A stretch of DNA of 58,255 nucleotides, the filler included, from Sphacelaria rigidula (lineage: Eukaryota), in the NCBI GenBank assembly GCA_964200075.2. It is 10 parts of 10 records of this genome, joined end to end, with 100 filler letters (N's around TTAATTAATTAA, not from the genome) between each part and the next. Parts side by side here need not be neighbours in the genome. Positions count along the whole stretch, not along the records: positions 11,674 to 17,409 come from CAXNAA020024850.1; positions 17,510 to 23,245 come from CAXNAA020024851.1; positions 23,346 to 29,080 come from CAXNAA020024852.1; 7 more parts are not named here. One strand, 5' to 3'. The notes below the pieces were generated by a model. The model was not told where the DNA came from, searched no databases, and saw nothing but the letters and a program-made list of their open reading frames with translations. Position 1 is the first letter of the stretch, and each line of letters opens with the position of its first letter. Shown here one piece after another: positions 13,103 to 26,800 of this stretch. Both the position numbers and the translations under genes were made by a program.

Positions 13103-16100
13103 CTGCATTGTAGATAATGGCCAGAGCGCGCATGACGGGGTACCCAAAAAGTGAAAAAAAGAAATGGAACGTGACAAATCTCAACTCCACGAACGAAGTG
13201 GCGGACATTAGAAAACGCTCTCCACACGTATGCAGTATTTTCAAGGGGTACGCACGTCGCATTGCCATGGGAGAGGCAGCGAATGTTTTCGAGAGAATGA
13301 TGTACGTGACGCCTCATGCGCCGAATTGCCAGTGATGACTACAAACTCGAAATGATCCTCCGGTGCAGTGCTATAATGCGACGGGCGGTCTGATTTCTCT
13401 GCTCGATGTTGGTGGGTCGTGCATCATCGAACGTATTGCAGCACGGCGTACCGCCGTGGGTGCACTTTTCGCCAACTTGCACGGCGGTAGGACCAGCGGC
13501 AATGGGTGTCAGGATCCATGACGGTACCGCAAAAGACTAGCGATCCAATGCCGAACGTGGTTTCATCTGCCCGCTGATGAGGTTTCCTTTCAAAATGTGT
13601 ACGCGGCCCAATGCAGGGGAAAAAAAATGATGGCACGGATCGTGCCGGCCACTGCATGAGCAATAAATACGCGGGGCCAAGGTACGATCAAAATGCCGGA
13701 TAGTATGGCCCTTTGGTTGAGCTGCACGCTGATATATGCCGTACACAATTCATGATCGCGATCGATTTGTTGCTCATTGTCAACTGCATGCCATGCTTCA
13801 CTGACATGGTTGAGGCACCTGCTCACGACAGCACCCCCGCCAAACCTCAAGGGGCTTGGTTTTCGGAACAGAAAAACTACCGCGCGATGGACTCGACTCA
13901 TGGGTTGGGTTTACGTTTAGATACAGGTGGGCACTGAACTGCGGCACACAAGGAGCAGGGCCGACTGCACAAACGAGCTTGTTCCAGTGGTTTCACCAGA
14001 AGACTCGCCAATAGACGTATCGCTCTCGAACAACACTCGTGGTCTAACAGCATGCACACGTAGGCATGCTGTCAGCGGGCAATGCAGTACGACCCACTAC
14101 ACGTCGTGACTTGCTGTCGTGGAGAACAAGGTGTGAGCACACAGTACTGAACAAGTGTTCTTCAGCACCCGACAACCAGCCAGGATGCATGAAGATCGCG
14201 AGGGTGTAGCCTATGTACTCTGCTCACCATCTTAACCGGAAAAATCCGCGATGGGTCTATTTGACGGTAAGTATTGCCATATCTATCCAGTGTAATATCT
14301 AATCAGTGCCCAGCGAGGCAAGACGCGGGCTGTCGTGCGCACATACGGTTCATGGCGACGAACACCTTCCCACCCAAGCAGAGCAAGATTTGCAGGCCAA
14401 AAGCTGTGGTCACACCACAGAATTTTTCACCCTTTGAATGATCTGACGAACAATCTCTGGACTAGCGAGTCGTTCACCTTCTGGGGGCATAGGATCTCAT
14501 AGGCAGAGAGAAGTTACAAGACCAAAAAAAAAACTCATGACAACGGCTCGCCAACGTGAGGGGTGCTATACTCCGTCATACAAGGTAGGCGCTGTACGAG
14601 AGTACAGTCGAAGGTGCTCTTCTCGTCCAAGTTACTGTGCGCAATGAGGTGCAGCCAATAGTATCGCATCATGAGAACTTTTGCGCAGCGATTTTGCATG
14701 TTCATTTTTCGAACGACCGAGAATCCATTGGCAGCGACACGACCGGCAATGCTCTGAGGCTACCGAACCTACAATCACCATGGAACACGTGTGGCTCATC
14801 TGAAGCTTATCGAGGGAAACTCACGCTGTTGGCGGACAGCTCGTGCGATAGAGGCAGTAGACGGTTTGCATGATGACGACGCTAGGCCACCAATCGTTCC
14901 CACAAAAGCTGCTGAACGACTCAAGGCTCCCAGCATGGCCGTAGCAGTGAGAAAGCTGTTGGGGGTCATCGCGGACGGCTACGCTGCTACGGGCTGATAT
15001 CAACGAAGTTTGCGGGCGAGGATTCCGCAGTCCGCAGTCATCAGTGGAGGTGATATCCCCTTATATTTGTTCCTCGTCACAGTAGCTAATATATTTCGGA
15101 CCTGCGGTATAGCAGAGGCCCCATATCAATTATGATAGTCACCGGCAGATAGACGAAACACACACCAAGTATAGGCCCGAGCCACCTTGCAGTGAGTAAA
15201 CTCTGCATGAAGTAGCCCCCAATGAACGTATGCATTGTAGTGCTGGGAAGAAATAAGAATCAGGCTTTCTCCTCTCAGAGTCCCTCCGATCATCCGCCAC
15301 CTCAAAATAATACAGGATGGGTGAAGGAAATTGTGCGTCGCGAAAATGATATCTTGGGAATTGAAAAAGGGTTATGATGCAAAATTTATATTTTAAAGCA
15401 ATAGTTGGTGGTGATGCTCCCACTCACCCAGAAAAGTAACAGTGCGATAATACGCACTTACTTTCATATACAAGCGCATACACCTAAGGATGAAGCAGAA
15501 CAAAAATCAACAAGGTAGGGCCAGTTCGAGAGAATTTAATGACGACCATAGGATATGCGTGGCAATTCAGATGGTGCGCACTGATACTTGGAACGACACG
15601 CTGTCGTACTTTGTGTCCTTTGGAGCAACTGAGAATACACGCATGCTTCAAGATTTGTGTAGTTATTGAAACATTATGTTTCCTGAAAAAGTAGCGTTTT
15701 AAACGATTGATCCCGTCGGCTGCTGTGACTATTCAGATTAGCTCGCCCCGCTTGGGGTTTTCAAAGATGCCGACTGCGACGACTGTCATGCAAATGAAAC
15801 CCTCATACTCATGCTTTTAGGATCGTATTTGTCTCCAAAACGCCCAATGGAAGCAGTGTCGTTGGTGCGTATAGGATGTTGGCATGTGCACGCATGACGG
15901 CACGGCAACAGTACGCAGCTCACGATTTGTGTGTACACGTAGGATGGCGCGACAGTAGTACGCAGTGCAGTATGTTAAATGGGTGGGACCTGCGTTTTTG
16001 GATTGCTGGACCACATTTGTTTCGATCATGTATCATCATGCAGATGTTAGGGGAATAACGAAACGGACACCCCACGCACTCGCACCGCATTGTCGCTGGC

Positions 16101-17691
16101 TGGTGCCCCCGCGGGTCCAACCTATCATGACTCATATACTACGAAGATGCATGTAAACGCGGCGAAGTAATTCAACAAAAAAGAAGTTGCCCGGAACACT
16201 TGGAGAAAATCGTCTATCGATTCTGTCCAGCACGTTCTCGGATTGGGATGCTGCAACATGACGCTCGTTTCTGGTGGTATGGTGGAACGCAGTCACCACC
16301 CATTTCACCATGATACTACTATACCTATTCACGCACCCTGTATCTATGCATCTCACTATATAACACCAGGTTCTGCGTCCCTGCCCACCAGCTGAAATGA
16401 AGGTAGTTAATTACAAATGCAGCGTGTAATCTACATCGGTATGTATCGAGTGTGAATCCTCCGATCTCCCACCGCAGACGGCGCTCTGTACCCCCAAATT
16501 ATTCCATTCCAACGGACTAGCGGTGGAAATCGCCCTAGATCGCCATCGTTGAACTGCGCGCCGTGTCTCGCCAGTTCCTGCATGCACTTGGAAGATACCC
16601 GTCTTCGTGTGTGCGTGTCATAAGGACAGCCGCGAAACGGGACCCTCAGCGCCTAGCTAGCGTAGAGAGCTTTCTCTATCGGGAACCAACCCCGTCAGTC
16701 AAACACGGGGGTGGTACTGTGCTGTATGTAAAACCACGGTATCATCCATCTGGTCGACACATACAGGAGGTCAACCGCTCTCTACATTCCCACCACTACG
16801 ATCGAACGCTATCACAACAGGCGGCTCTGTCGCAAGTTGTAGCCGGGTGGGATGCGGATGGCTGCGGCACCAAGGGGTGAGCCGCCTGAGAATAACCGGC
16901 AATGCAATATGGGCATCGCAGCTTGATAGTCTAACTCACCCTATGCGAGAAAGGCGCGTGTACGCAGGTGACGCTACAGTTCCGCCCTTGTTCCAGTTGG
17001 CTCATCATCTGAGCTGCCGATATTGGGCCCATGTGTTTTCGACGCGGCTTCGAGAATGCCGTTTTCTCTGTGGATCGTTCGCGCCCATCGTAGTGCCAAA
17101 CCGCATGCATCCGCTGCGTGGCATGGGTCGATGGTCAGTTACTCTGCACTACTTATACTGAGTAAGTAGCCCAAGGTGCAAATTTTGCGTTTCCGTGAAA
17201 GATATCTTGAACAGCAGTAATCCTATCGGCAGCTATCGCCCGTGGTAGTAAACCTATCGACAGCTGTCGACCATGTGGTTATAGACCCCGTAGAACGTGA
17301 GTGAACAAAGAAGTCGACTGGGTTTGTGTGACGTGAGTTTACGCGGTGCGGGATTGCTGACCCAATCCGCGAGACCAAAATGGAAGGCGCGTACCGGGGG
17401 GGATGGGTTNNNNNNNNNNNNNNNNNNNNNNNNNNNNNNNNNNNNNNNNNNNNTTAATTAATTAANNNNNNNNNNNNNNNNNNNNNNNNNNNNNNNNNNN
17501 NNNNNNNNNCCGAATCGGCATGAAACCTGTCATCCCCTGCTATTACTTTTTTAATTCTCTGGGCCCAGGGTCAAAAGCTCCCCCCCCCCCTCTTCTGACG
17601 CTCAATCGTCTCCTCCTCGATAGTCACACACGATTTGGTGTGCTGACCACATCCGAACTTCTCTGTATTGTCCCCCGGAATTTCACCACAG

Positions 17692-19644
17692 GTGGCGTTG
17701 ATCTACTTCCAGCTGGGCTGTGAAGACCATAGGTGGTGGTGGCGGAGCTTTTTGTCCGGGGGTTCGACCGGTCTCTTCATGTATGCGTACTCGTTCTTTT
17801 ACTTCTTCAACCGGTCGCAGATGCACGGACTGTTGCAGGTATATGGGATATACATATATACACATATCTATTTCTTCAACTAGCTGATAATTTCCTGTAG
17901 AACAAACTTGCTTTACATGATTTTTGCTGCGTACGGTGGTCCAAATTTGAGGCTCTCAACATGGTCCAGGGTCGTGGGTCGGTATCTCGTCCGCCACAAT
18001 GAGTATTAGTCTATTCACAGATCGGGCGCATCACGGAGATCCGGCCGCTTTTCAAGTAGTTCTCGACCAACACCACGTGAAAGCAGCAAGTTGTCTTCGT
18101 CATGGACTCGTTGTTCAGAACTTGACGTTCAAATTTAGCATGCGCGTATGTACGTACATTTCAAGAAGGGGGAGTTCGAAGTTCTTGTTCTTCCTTCTGA
18201 AACCAAGATATTCGATTTTTTAAGCAGTAACGGACGTTTTTTTCCATCTTGGAATACCATTCCTGTAGAGTTCCCAAAGTTGATGTAAATCTGCAGTGAC
18301 AAACGATCCTGATATCACAAATAGGTATGAGTGTGTGAGAATACGCCCAATAAGTTGCAAAATACACAAAATAGACTTGAACCGAAATTTTGAAGTATCC
18401 GTAGGTCCCCTTCATTCGTTTTTGCTACTCTTTGACGATCCTCCCTTGTCTCCACGAAGTATTTCGTGAAAAATTCCGGTGAAAAATGCGTTCGACCACG
18501 AACAACTGAGCATGGTGTCAAAAGTCAATGCCTCCTTATTGGTCGATTGATCGGTTGATTTTCGCACTTCAACGGATCCCTCAGGGATGCAGCCGTGGTC
18601 ACATGATAGACAAACCCAAAATGAAGCAATTTGAGAGCACTCGCTGACGAAAACTGAAGAAAACAGAAGTGAAACAGACAGAGTAGACTGAGAGGGGAAA
18701 AAAAAAAGAAACGAAGAGAGAACGAAGGCACAAAAAGAAGAAATAAATTTCGAAATGGCCGACCTTTGCAACATGGTTTCGATAGAAAAGGTCTCGTGCA
18801 AAGACCGCACTCGAACCCAATCGCCAAAAAACAAGTAGCTGTGGGAACAGATTGCGGCTAATCTTGTGAAGCACACTATCCAGTGGATCGATTATTTTCG
18901 GTGATGAAATTTTCAAGAGCAAGTCGAGTAGTGTATACTAAAGTGCAGGTTATTTTAAAAGTCGTACTTGAAGTTCACAAATCGGAGTAGGGTGTTGGAG
19001 GTCGCTTTCCAGTTATTTTTTGGGTACGACTCCCAACATCTTACCCCAGTTTCAGTACTCGAAGTACGACTGTTGAAATACCCCGCAATGAAGTATATCC
19101 TTCTCGACCTGCCCTTGAAACTTGAACTTGAACTAAACTCTCACCTAAGATGAGGTGCGGGTTGGAAATCGAACCTTCGTGTACGACCAACCGCCACATA
19201 CATCATACATGATTCGTGACCAAACGACAGCAGAAAGAGTGGTCGATGTGCAGTAGGTGGGCGCTAAGCGGTGGTTTATTGATTTCAGATGTCTGCTGTC
19301 GCGACAATTTATTGTGCCTTCCCACACTAAACGAAGAATGCGTGTGGTTTCTTGTTTGTACCCCGCCAGCTGTTTTCATTGGTTCTCCTGCGGCGATCAG
19401 CTGAGATTGGGGAGAGCAAGCAAAATCAGTCACACACGGCTTATACCCTTTTAACGTGGGCGTCCGATCGTTCGTGCTAACGTGCTTTCGTCCGATTTGT
19501 TTTGCCCGCCGCGAGCAGTCATCGTTCTTTTTCGGATATATGGGATTGGTGAGCTACGCGTTCTTCATCATGCTCGGATACGTGGGATTCGCGTCGTCAA
19601 TGACCTTCGTGAAGTACATCTATGGCGTGCTGAAATGCGACTAG
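17692..19644 (+). CDS. TM9SF: Transmembrane 9 superfamily (nonaspanin/EMP70) protein, last two exons 17692-17838 and 19519-19644
   Basis: VALIYFQLGCEDHRWWWRSFLSGGSTGLFMYAYSFFYFFNRSQMHGLLQ|SSFFFGYMGLVSYAFFIMLGYVGFASSMTFVKYIYGVLKCD*. EDxxWWWRSF motif and terminal KxD. Confidence 0.95.
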
Positions 19645-21959
19645 GATGGTGACGAGAGGCATGAACGAGAACAATATTAAGACGGGGAGAAGAAAAAAAC
19701 AGGAGAAAACTTGCAGGAGCGACCCAAATGTTTTCAGGGCATTAAAGTCTAGCGCGCAGTGTCCTTTTGTGCATTTCGTTTTTGTACTAGGTCAAATATA
19801 TCGGTGTGTGTGAAATACTGGTTGCATAACCCTGTGAAGAGAAGGCGTGCACCCGCCTTGCAATCTTGCCCGTTTCACAGGTAGTCTTATGGGGGGGGGG
19901 GGCTAAAGTGTAGCGTGTGTGCACGAAGGTGTGTCGTGATGACGGGTCAATCTCTAGAACCTCGCCTTCGCCCTCACTGTTGGTTCGCAGTTGAAGGTTT
20001 TTTCGGAGCTCTTTCGTTAGTTCTTGACACGCGCTTGTGGCAGTGGACGCGCTGTTGCCAGGTGTTTGATGGCATCTGCTGGCTCGTCTGAGTACCTGAG
20101 TAGATACGGGTCAGGCACGATTCGGGTCAGCATGAAAACCTGCAGGTTTTCAGGTGATTTCCGGGTGTTATCGAATCAATATTAGCTGGTTGTCCTGCGG
20201 GTCGGAGGGTATTGTGTCGACGTTTATCGGGAGATTTACAGTCGTGTGCGGTCGCGGCTTGAACGTATCTTGGTCTGTTGTTTAGGGCAAAACTAATGGA
20301 CGGTGTTGGAGGTGTGACCTTGGCGGCGTATGCCACACTGAGTAAAAAAGGGCGTCCTCATTTCATGTATTCCGGGTGATGTGCATCATCCGCCTCGGGA
20401 GTTTTCGTTAGTTCTGATATGAACAGTACATTCAAGGTGTCAAACGTAGGAGTTGTATTTTGCCGAAATTTGACCGGTCGCGCATTTCGCAGTACCCCCC
20501 ACGAATACCGTGTTATCTCGTCTCCGAGCAACGCGACGAGAAAGCAGTTGCGCGTTTTGGCTCTCCGCCCATCGTGCTGTAATGTAATTTTACCCAACTC
20601 ACGTCGTTTGGTCGTAAACTTTTCTTTTTCAAGAGTGTTGCAAAGTTGTTGCGGATGTGTACTTTTGTTGAAGAGCTGGGCATGACTTGTATCTGTGTAA
20701 CTGTTGCTGATGGCGGTGGGATATACTCATTCCCTACAGACGGACCGCTGTGAGTAACCCAACGTCTTCACCAACTCATCGTTGTCAGGCATGCTGCAGT
20801 TTCAGGTATGTTCGGTGTCACCCCCGGTTAATATGGCTCCCTGTCTGACCCAGCTTTTCCGATTTTCAAATTGATCGTTGTCTCAGGCTATTCCAGATTC
20901 GGGATTGGATTTCTGTGACAGAAAAACAAGCAGAGCTTTTCGAGAACTGCTCAAAACGTGACCCCATTACCTGGAGTACGGTGTACTACACTGAAAACAA
21001 GACAATTCTGCAGTGGTATATCGAATACAGAGTACTACACTGAACACAGACAACACAGCAGTTCTGCAGTGTTTCTTAGTTCGAGAACTTGAAGACGGAC
21101 TGTATACAGCATGCATCAGCTTCTCTTGTTGCAAAATTAATAGTATCCAGCTGCTGCTGTACTACTACGACAATATACAATGTTTTCTTCAGAATATGTG
21201 GTCAAACGAACAAGGCGATTCCCACACCCATTATTTCTGTGCTGTAGTTGTCGCTGTGCTGTTGTGCATTTGAACATTCTACGATGAACATGGTGTGATA
21301 TGCGCTGGAGAGTGGCTGAACAATTGCAGTGCTGCATGCGATGTTCTGGTAAGCACAAAAGTGGGGTGAGATCAAAGTGCTGTACACTAGCTTCTGTCTG
21401 TACACAGGTGAAAAGATGAAACGATCACGTGACGACTGTGCAGCTGTCTGTTGCGTCTCCGCACTGTACTTCAGCTATAGTCGGGTGCTGGGATCGGAGA
21501 AAACACGCAAGGCGGACGCGTGCACGTTGGGGCGAACAAACTGAGCCAGCACGGAGCTGCTCTATCCCAAGCGCTTGAGGACAGGAGCTGTCTGCCTTGA
21601 TGTCCCATGTAATAGTTCTTCCCCCCAGTTCTGCGTGAGTTGTTTCGTTACTGTCGTGTCGTTCAAATCTGCTGCGTGGGCTCCAGATTTAAAAAACGAC
21701 GCAGCATCGGTCATTCCAATTTTTGAATTGGTCATTGCCTCAGGCTTTCCCAGATTCGGCACTGGATTTCTGTGACGCATTGGATTTCTGCGACGCATAA
21801 AAACCCACCACTCACGGGCATTGCTCAAGCGCTAGCTCATCACCCACACAAGACAGCCTTTGTTTGACGGAAATCCGTCCAGTATTGGATGAAAGGCGGT
21901 CCCGTGCGTAAGGTGCGTGTGCGTTGTAGCACGATTGAAACGCGGACCGTTTCCCCCAT

Positions 21960-22403
21960 AACACGGGATCTTACAAATTGGAGATGGATCTTTTATTGGG
22001 GATGAGAGACCCGGATGATTAAAATCTTCGTACCCACACCAAATCTCGGAATATGCTTCCATTTTTTCACCTACTGATAGCTGTTGACAACTGCTACACG
22101 CCATAAAAAATTGAATTTCGATCACCGAAATCTTGGGATCCTAGGTGAAAAAAACAACTTTGGTGAATTTCGGGTGTCCGAACGGACGCCAAAGTGGTTC
22201 CGAAACTGGTTTATCACGTAGGACCCCAACATTTCGGTGGTCGAAATACAAACAAACATGGCGTTTAGCAGTTGTTAATAGATATCAGTAGGTGAAGAAA
22301 TGGAGCCATATTTCGAAGATTTGGTGTGGATAGGATGATTTTAATCCTCCGGGTTTCTCATCCCCATTAAAAGATCCATCCCCAGTTCGTAAGATCCCGT
22401 GTT
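21960..22403. mobile_element. Foldback MITE copy 1 (long imperfect TIRs, termini AACACGGGATCTTAC)
   Basis: The termini are reverse complements, with ~190-bp inverted arms around a short core. Confidence 0.8.
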
Positions 22404-22448
22404 CCGTGAGGAAAAACGGCAGCAGTAGCGGCAACAGCAGCAGCAGTG

Positions 22449-22871
22449 AACACGGGATCTTACAAATTGGGGATGGATTTTTATTGGGAATGAGAGAGCC
22501 GGAGAAATAAGATCTTCGTATCCACACCAAATTTTCGAAATATGCTTCCATTTCTTCACCTACTGACAGCTTTTGACAACTGCTATACCCCATAAAAAAT
22601 TGGATTTCGATCACCGAAATGTTGCGGTCCTAGGTGAAAACCAATTTCGGAACCATTTTGGCGTCCGTACGGACACCCACAATTCCCCCAAATTGGTTCT
22701 TCACCTAGGACCCCAACATTTCGGTTATCGACATCCATGTTTGTATGGCGTGTGGTAGTGGTCAAATCTAACAGTAGGTGAAAAAATGTAACCATATTTC
22801 GAAGATTTGGTGTGGATACGAAGATTTTAATTCTCCGGCTTTCTCATACCCAATTTGTAATATCCCGTGTT
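22449..22871. mobile_element. Foldback MITE copy 2 (same family)
   Basis: Same termini and arms as copy 1, 45 bp downstream. Confidence 0.8.
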
Positions 22872-23883
22872 AGTGTCGGCACCGGCTGATTTAACCCACC
22901 CCCAGCCGCGTACATTTACTGGCAGTAAAGATGCTGCTGATACTGCCACTGTTGCTTCTTCTCGTGCTGAATACGGTCCGCGTTTCGACCTGCGACAATA
23001 CCTATACCACCTTGCGCGTGATTGCCCCCCTTCTTGAGGCCGCTGGTCTGTTCGCGTGCTGTTTTACCGTCTCGGTATCGCTTGTTTCCCACCCTAGCAT
23101 ACTCGATGAGAACGACGCGTGATTTCTCGTGGCAATGAAGTTGTGGACCGTCACTTCACGATCACCATCACGAAATAACAACAAATTGTGCGAATTGAGG
23201 TTTAACTTCGAGATGAGGTTCAAGCCTAAAACAGTGCTTCCCCCANNNNNNNNNNNNNNNNNNNNNNNNNNNNNNNNNNNNNNNNNNNNTTAATTAATTA
23301 ANNNNNNNNNNNNNNNNNNNNNNNNNNNNNNNNNNNNNNNNNNNNGGGTTCCGGCGTAACCCCCGCCCTTCGATAATTTTCCCTCTTCCTATTGCCTAAT
23401 GGCCCTCGCACCCTTTCCCCCCCCCCCCCCAGCCGCAGCAATTGTTCGCGACAAAAACGGCCGAGGTAACCGTTCAATGGGCTGATCGGATTTCTGCAAA
23501 ACGTTTTATCAAACAGCTTACTCGAATCAGCTTGCCAAATACGCGATGAAGATGAAGATGAAGTGAAAATGGATAAGGTTTGGGGGGCCTACCAATTTGT
23601 GGCCGACCACAGTATAACGTTTTTTTTTTTTCAAAAATAGGCATGAACGTGAATAAAATCCCATGAGGCCAAGATCATGGCTTGAACAAAAAGCGGGGCG
23701 TACTTGCCGTCCGATAACCCGCTGCCTGGTTGACTTGTGGAAACCGGGCTGTCCTGGTTTGCAGCCACCGCTTGCAGCAGTAGTCAAGGTAACTCGCGAA
23801 GTACGATGAGTTTGTTATGGCGGTAATACTCCCCATGTACCTTCACCTTCAAGTCGTTCTTGCGGGCCAATTATTTTTAGCAG

Positions 23884-26800
23884 GCGACGACACTCGAGCA
23901 GCAGAAGCAGCAGCAGAAATAGCACGGGTACTTCAATCAAACATGCCTCTGAGAAGAAGAAGGGGTCTACTCAACGAGGGCGCGGCAGCAGTCACCGTCG
24001 AGTTCTTGGTCGAGGTGGCCGAGGTGATAGCAGTGACAGCATCAGCAGCCGCAGGCGCCGCTGCCGCAGAAATAGCAAAGTCGGTTCAAGCAAAGACACC
24101 TCCAAGGCGCCCGAAAAGGAAGGATGCGGCGGCAGCCTCCGCGGATACGACGGCCGCGGCGGTCGAAGTAGCAGCAGTGACGGCAGCGGTAGTAGTAGTA
24201 GCAGTAGCAGCGACAGCAGTTCTAGCAGCAGCAGTGCCGGCAATGGTGGCTCGAAGGTTGAGCGGCGCCCGCGGAAACGGAAGAGGGTCCCGGCAAGTAG
24301 TAGCAGCAAGAGGAGGTACCGTACTGGCTCCAGTGGCGGTGGTGTTGACTGTAGCGATGGAGAGGCCGCATATGACTGCACAGCGGACGAGCGGTGTAAC
24401 TCGAAAAGGAACCATAGACGACACGGCAGCCGCCGCCACAGCCACCGCCGTGACCATCACATAAGAAGTGGGAAACGCCATGGGAAAGAGAAAGTTTTCA
24501 AGGGAGAGGACGTCGGTGCTGGTGCTGGTGCTGCTCCTGCTGCTCCTGCTGCTGCTACTGCTGCTGCTGCTGATGATGATGATGATGACCGCTATGGCAT
24601 GCGGTCTACCGGAGGGAACAGCGGTGATGACACCGACAAGGATAGCGTTGAAGGTGCTAATGCTAGTGGTGTTTTGGGAACGCCCCGCAAAAAACGCAGC
24701 AAACATCGAGGGTGCAATGCCATACCGAGCGGCGTGGATCAGAACAAAAAGAAGAAGAAGGAGAAGAAAAAGAAAAAGAAAGAGAGGAAAAAAACCGAAC
24801 GGGAAAGAAAATATAGTATAAAGGAGAAACGCGTCTCAAGGAAGAAAGAAGGGAGGAAGAAGGGATCACCCGACCCCTCCCCAAAGAATGGAAGCCGAGC
24901 ATATGAATCTGAGTATAAAACGACGAGTCTCATACGTCCTGCTGCCGATGCTGAGGACGAGGAACAGGGCCGCAAAGACCGCGCCACCAAAGCTACAGGC
25001 AGTAATACCAGCACAACCGAACGACCCGGCGCGAAGAATTCCGGCAGACACGGTACCACAGCTACTGGTACTGCGGGTGATGTACTCCTCTCTTCTGCGA
25101 AAGACGGTGCCCTCGCTGCCGGGGTGCCCGCCCCAACGCAGAAACAGCCGGTGGTCGTGCCGTTAGCTGGTATTGCTGATGTTCATGAGGGGGATCGCGG
25201 GGCAGGGAAGGCCGGGGTGGGGCGCGATGAAGATGTTAAGGCGATACGGGCGAGGGCGATGGTGCCCATGCGGCCGGAGGAATATGAAGCGCAACAAAAT
25301 ACCATACGTGAGGTGTGTGCTTGTGGTTGTGCCTGTGTGGGGGGTGATTTTGTGCGTTTGTGTGAACACGCGCGCTCAACAAGCGAGCGAATTTTCGTGA
25401 AGTCAATGCTGGCGTTGATTTTCGGAACATTTACATATTCATATTCATGTATATTAATATTTATATATATATCAATCCAGGTTTTATCTTTTTTGTTTTC
25501 TTCAGTCATGAAGCCGTTTTTTCTTCTTTCAATCATGAATTAATGCTGTGGATAAGGGAAAAATGCTGGCTGGCGTCGAAAGCTTTGGGAATACTGTAGT
25601 AGTAGGTAGAGTGTTGTGCAAAGTAAATCCCAAATAAGCAAATTGCAGTACCTGCAAGGGTTTATTTGTTCAGTAGTAGCTCTGATTTTTTCTTGTGTGT
25701 GTATGTCTACGAGTGGCCGCGGAAAGAGGTTGGCGCTGTATGCTGCCAAGACCGGCTCGATGATGCAATCGTGCAGATTGTACGACGTACACACCCGATT
25801 CCGGTATACAGCTGACAGTTTCGTTTTGTCCGAACGTTGATCGGGTGGTTGTTGTTGGTGTCCTTTTTGCTCCTGTGTGTTCCTGCGATCCTATTTATGT
25901 GTGTTTCGTTTTATCTCCTTGACGTGCAGATCTACTCGTTGAGATGAAAACAATCTGGCGGGCAAGGCGTTTTATCGGAGTTTGAAAAGATGAGCAGTGG
26001 TTTTTAGAGGAACAATACATGAGAGGGTTTCGGAAGCTTTCGCCATCTCGCTCCGTGGATAGACGGCCAAAACACATGGGCACCGGTGATGGTCATGTTC
26101 CACACCCTGGACAATAGATTCTATTCTAAAAAAACAGTTACTGCGTACAGTATGGAATCTATTGTCTATTGCAATAGGCGCAATAGTCGATACTGTACGC
26201 AGTACACTTTTTGACTGTAAATTCTTTTGTCCAGGATATGTTAGTGTTCGTTGTGTAATGGCACATCATGGCATAATTTGGAGAAATACCGCAGCTGCTC
26301 ACTAGCTGAGATCATTGTGCGTGACCTTGCACAAAATCTTCTAAGATTCGGACGAATTATAATTCGTCCAGAAATTTCTTGATTTTAGTGTAATTGATTC
26401 GTACGGTACGAATCAATTCTTGCGCTTTGTTTTCAGCGTTGCAACCCAGGTACGCAAAGCCCAAGCACGGGAAATGGCGCAAACGTTGCGTGGAGACCTG
26501 TTTGACCAGCGGTCGACTTTTTTCTCTCTCTTTCAATCCACCAGGCCTAAGAAATCGTGGATTTGGTGTTTCGAATCGGCGATGATTCGTCTAGACGATG
26601 AAATCTTTCAAGAATTCATTGCGAAACGATTGAGACTCGCGCACGGCACGCGCGCAGAAAAAGGGTCTGCACCCGTTGAAATTATCATGGAGCTTCCGAG
26701 AACCAAATGGTCACAAAAAAAAACGCACTCTAAAATCAAGAAGAGACGACCCACAAAGTGCCCTCCAAGCCGAGTGAGGAAACATATGATATTCCCATGA

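Noticed and set aside
23817..24821. Overlapping Ala/Leu-rich ORFs on both strands
   Set aside because: They are shadow frames of the low-complexity ARL6IP4 exon.
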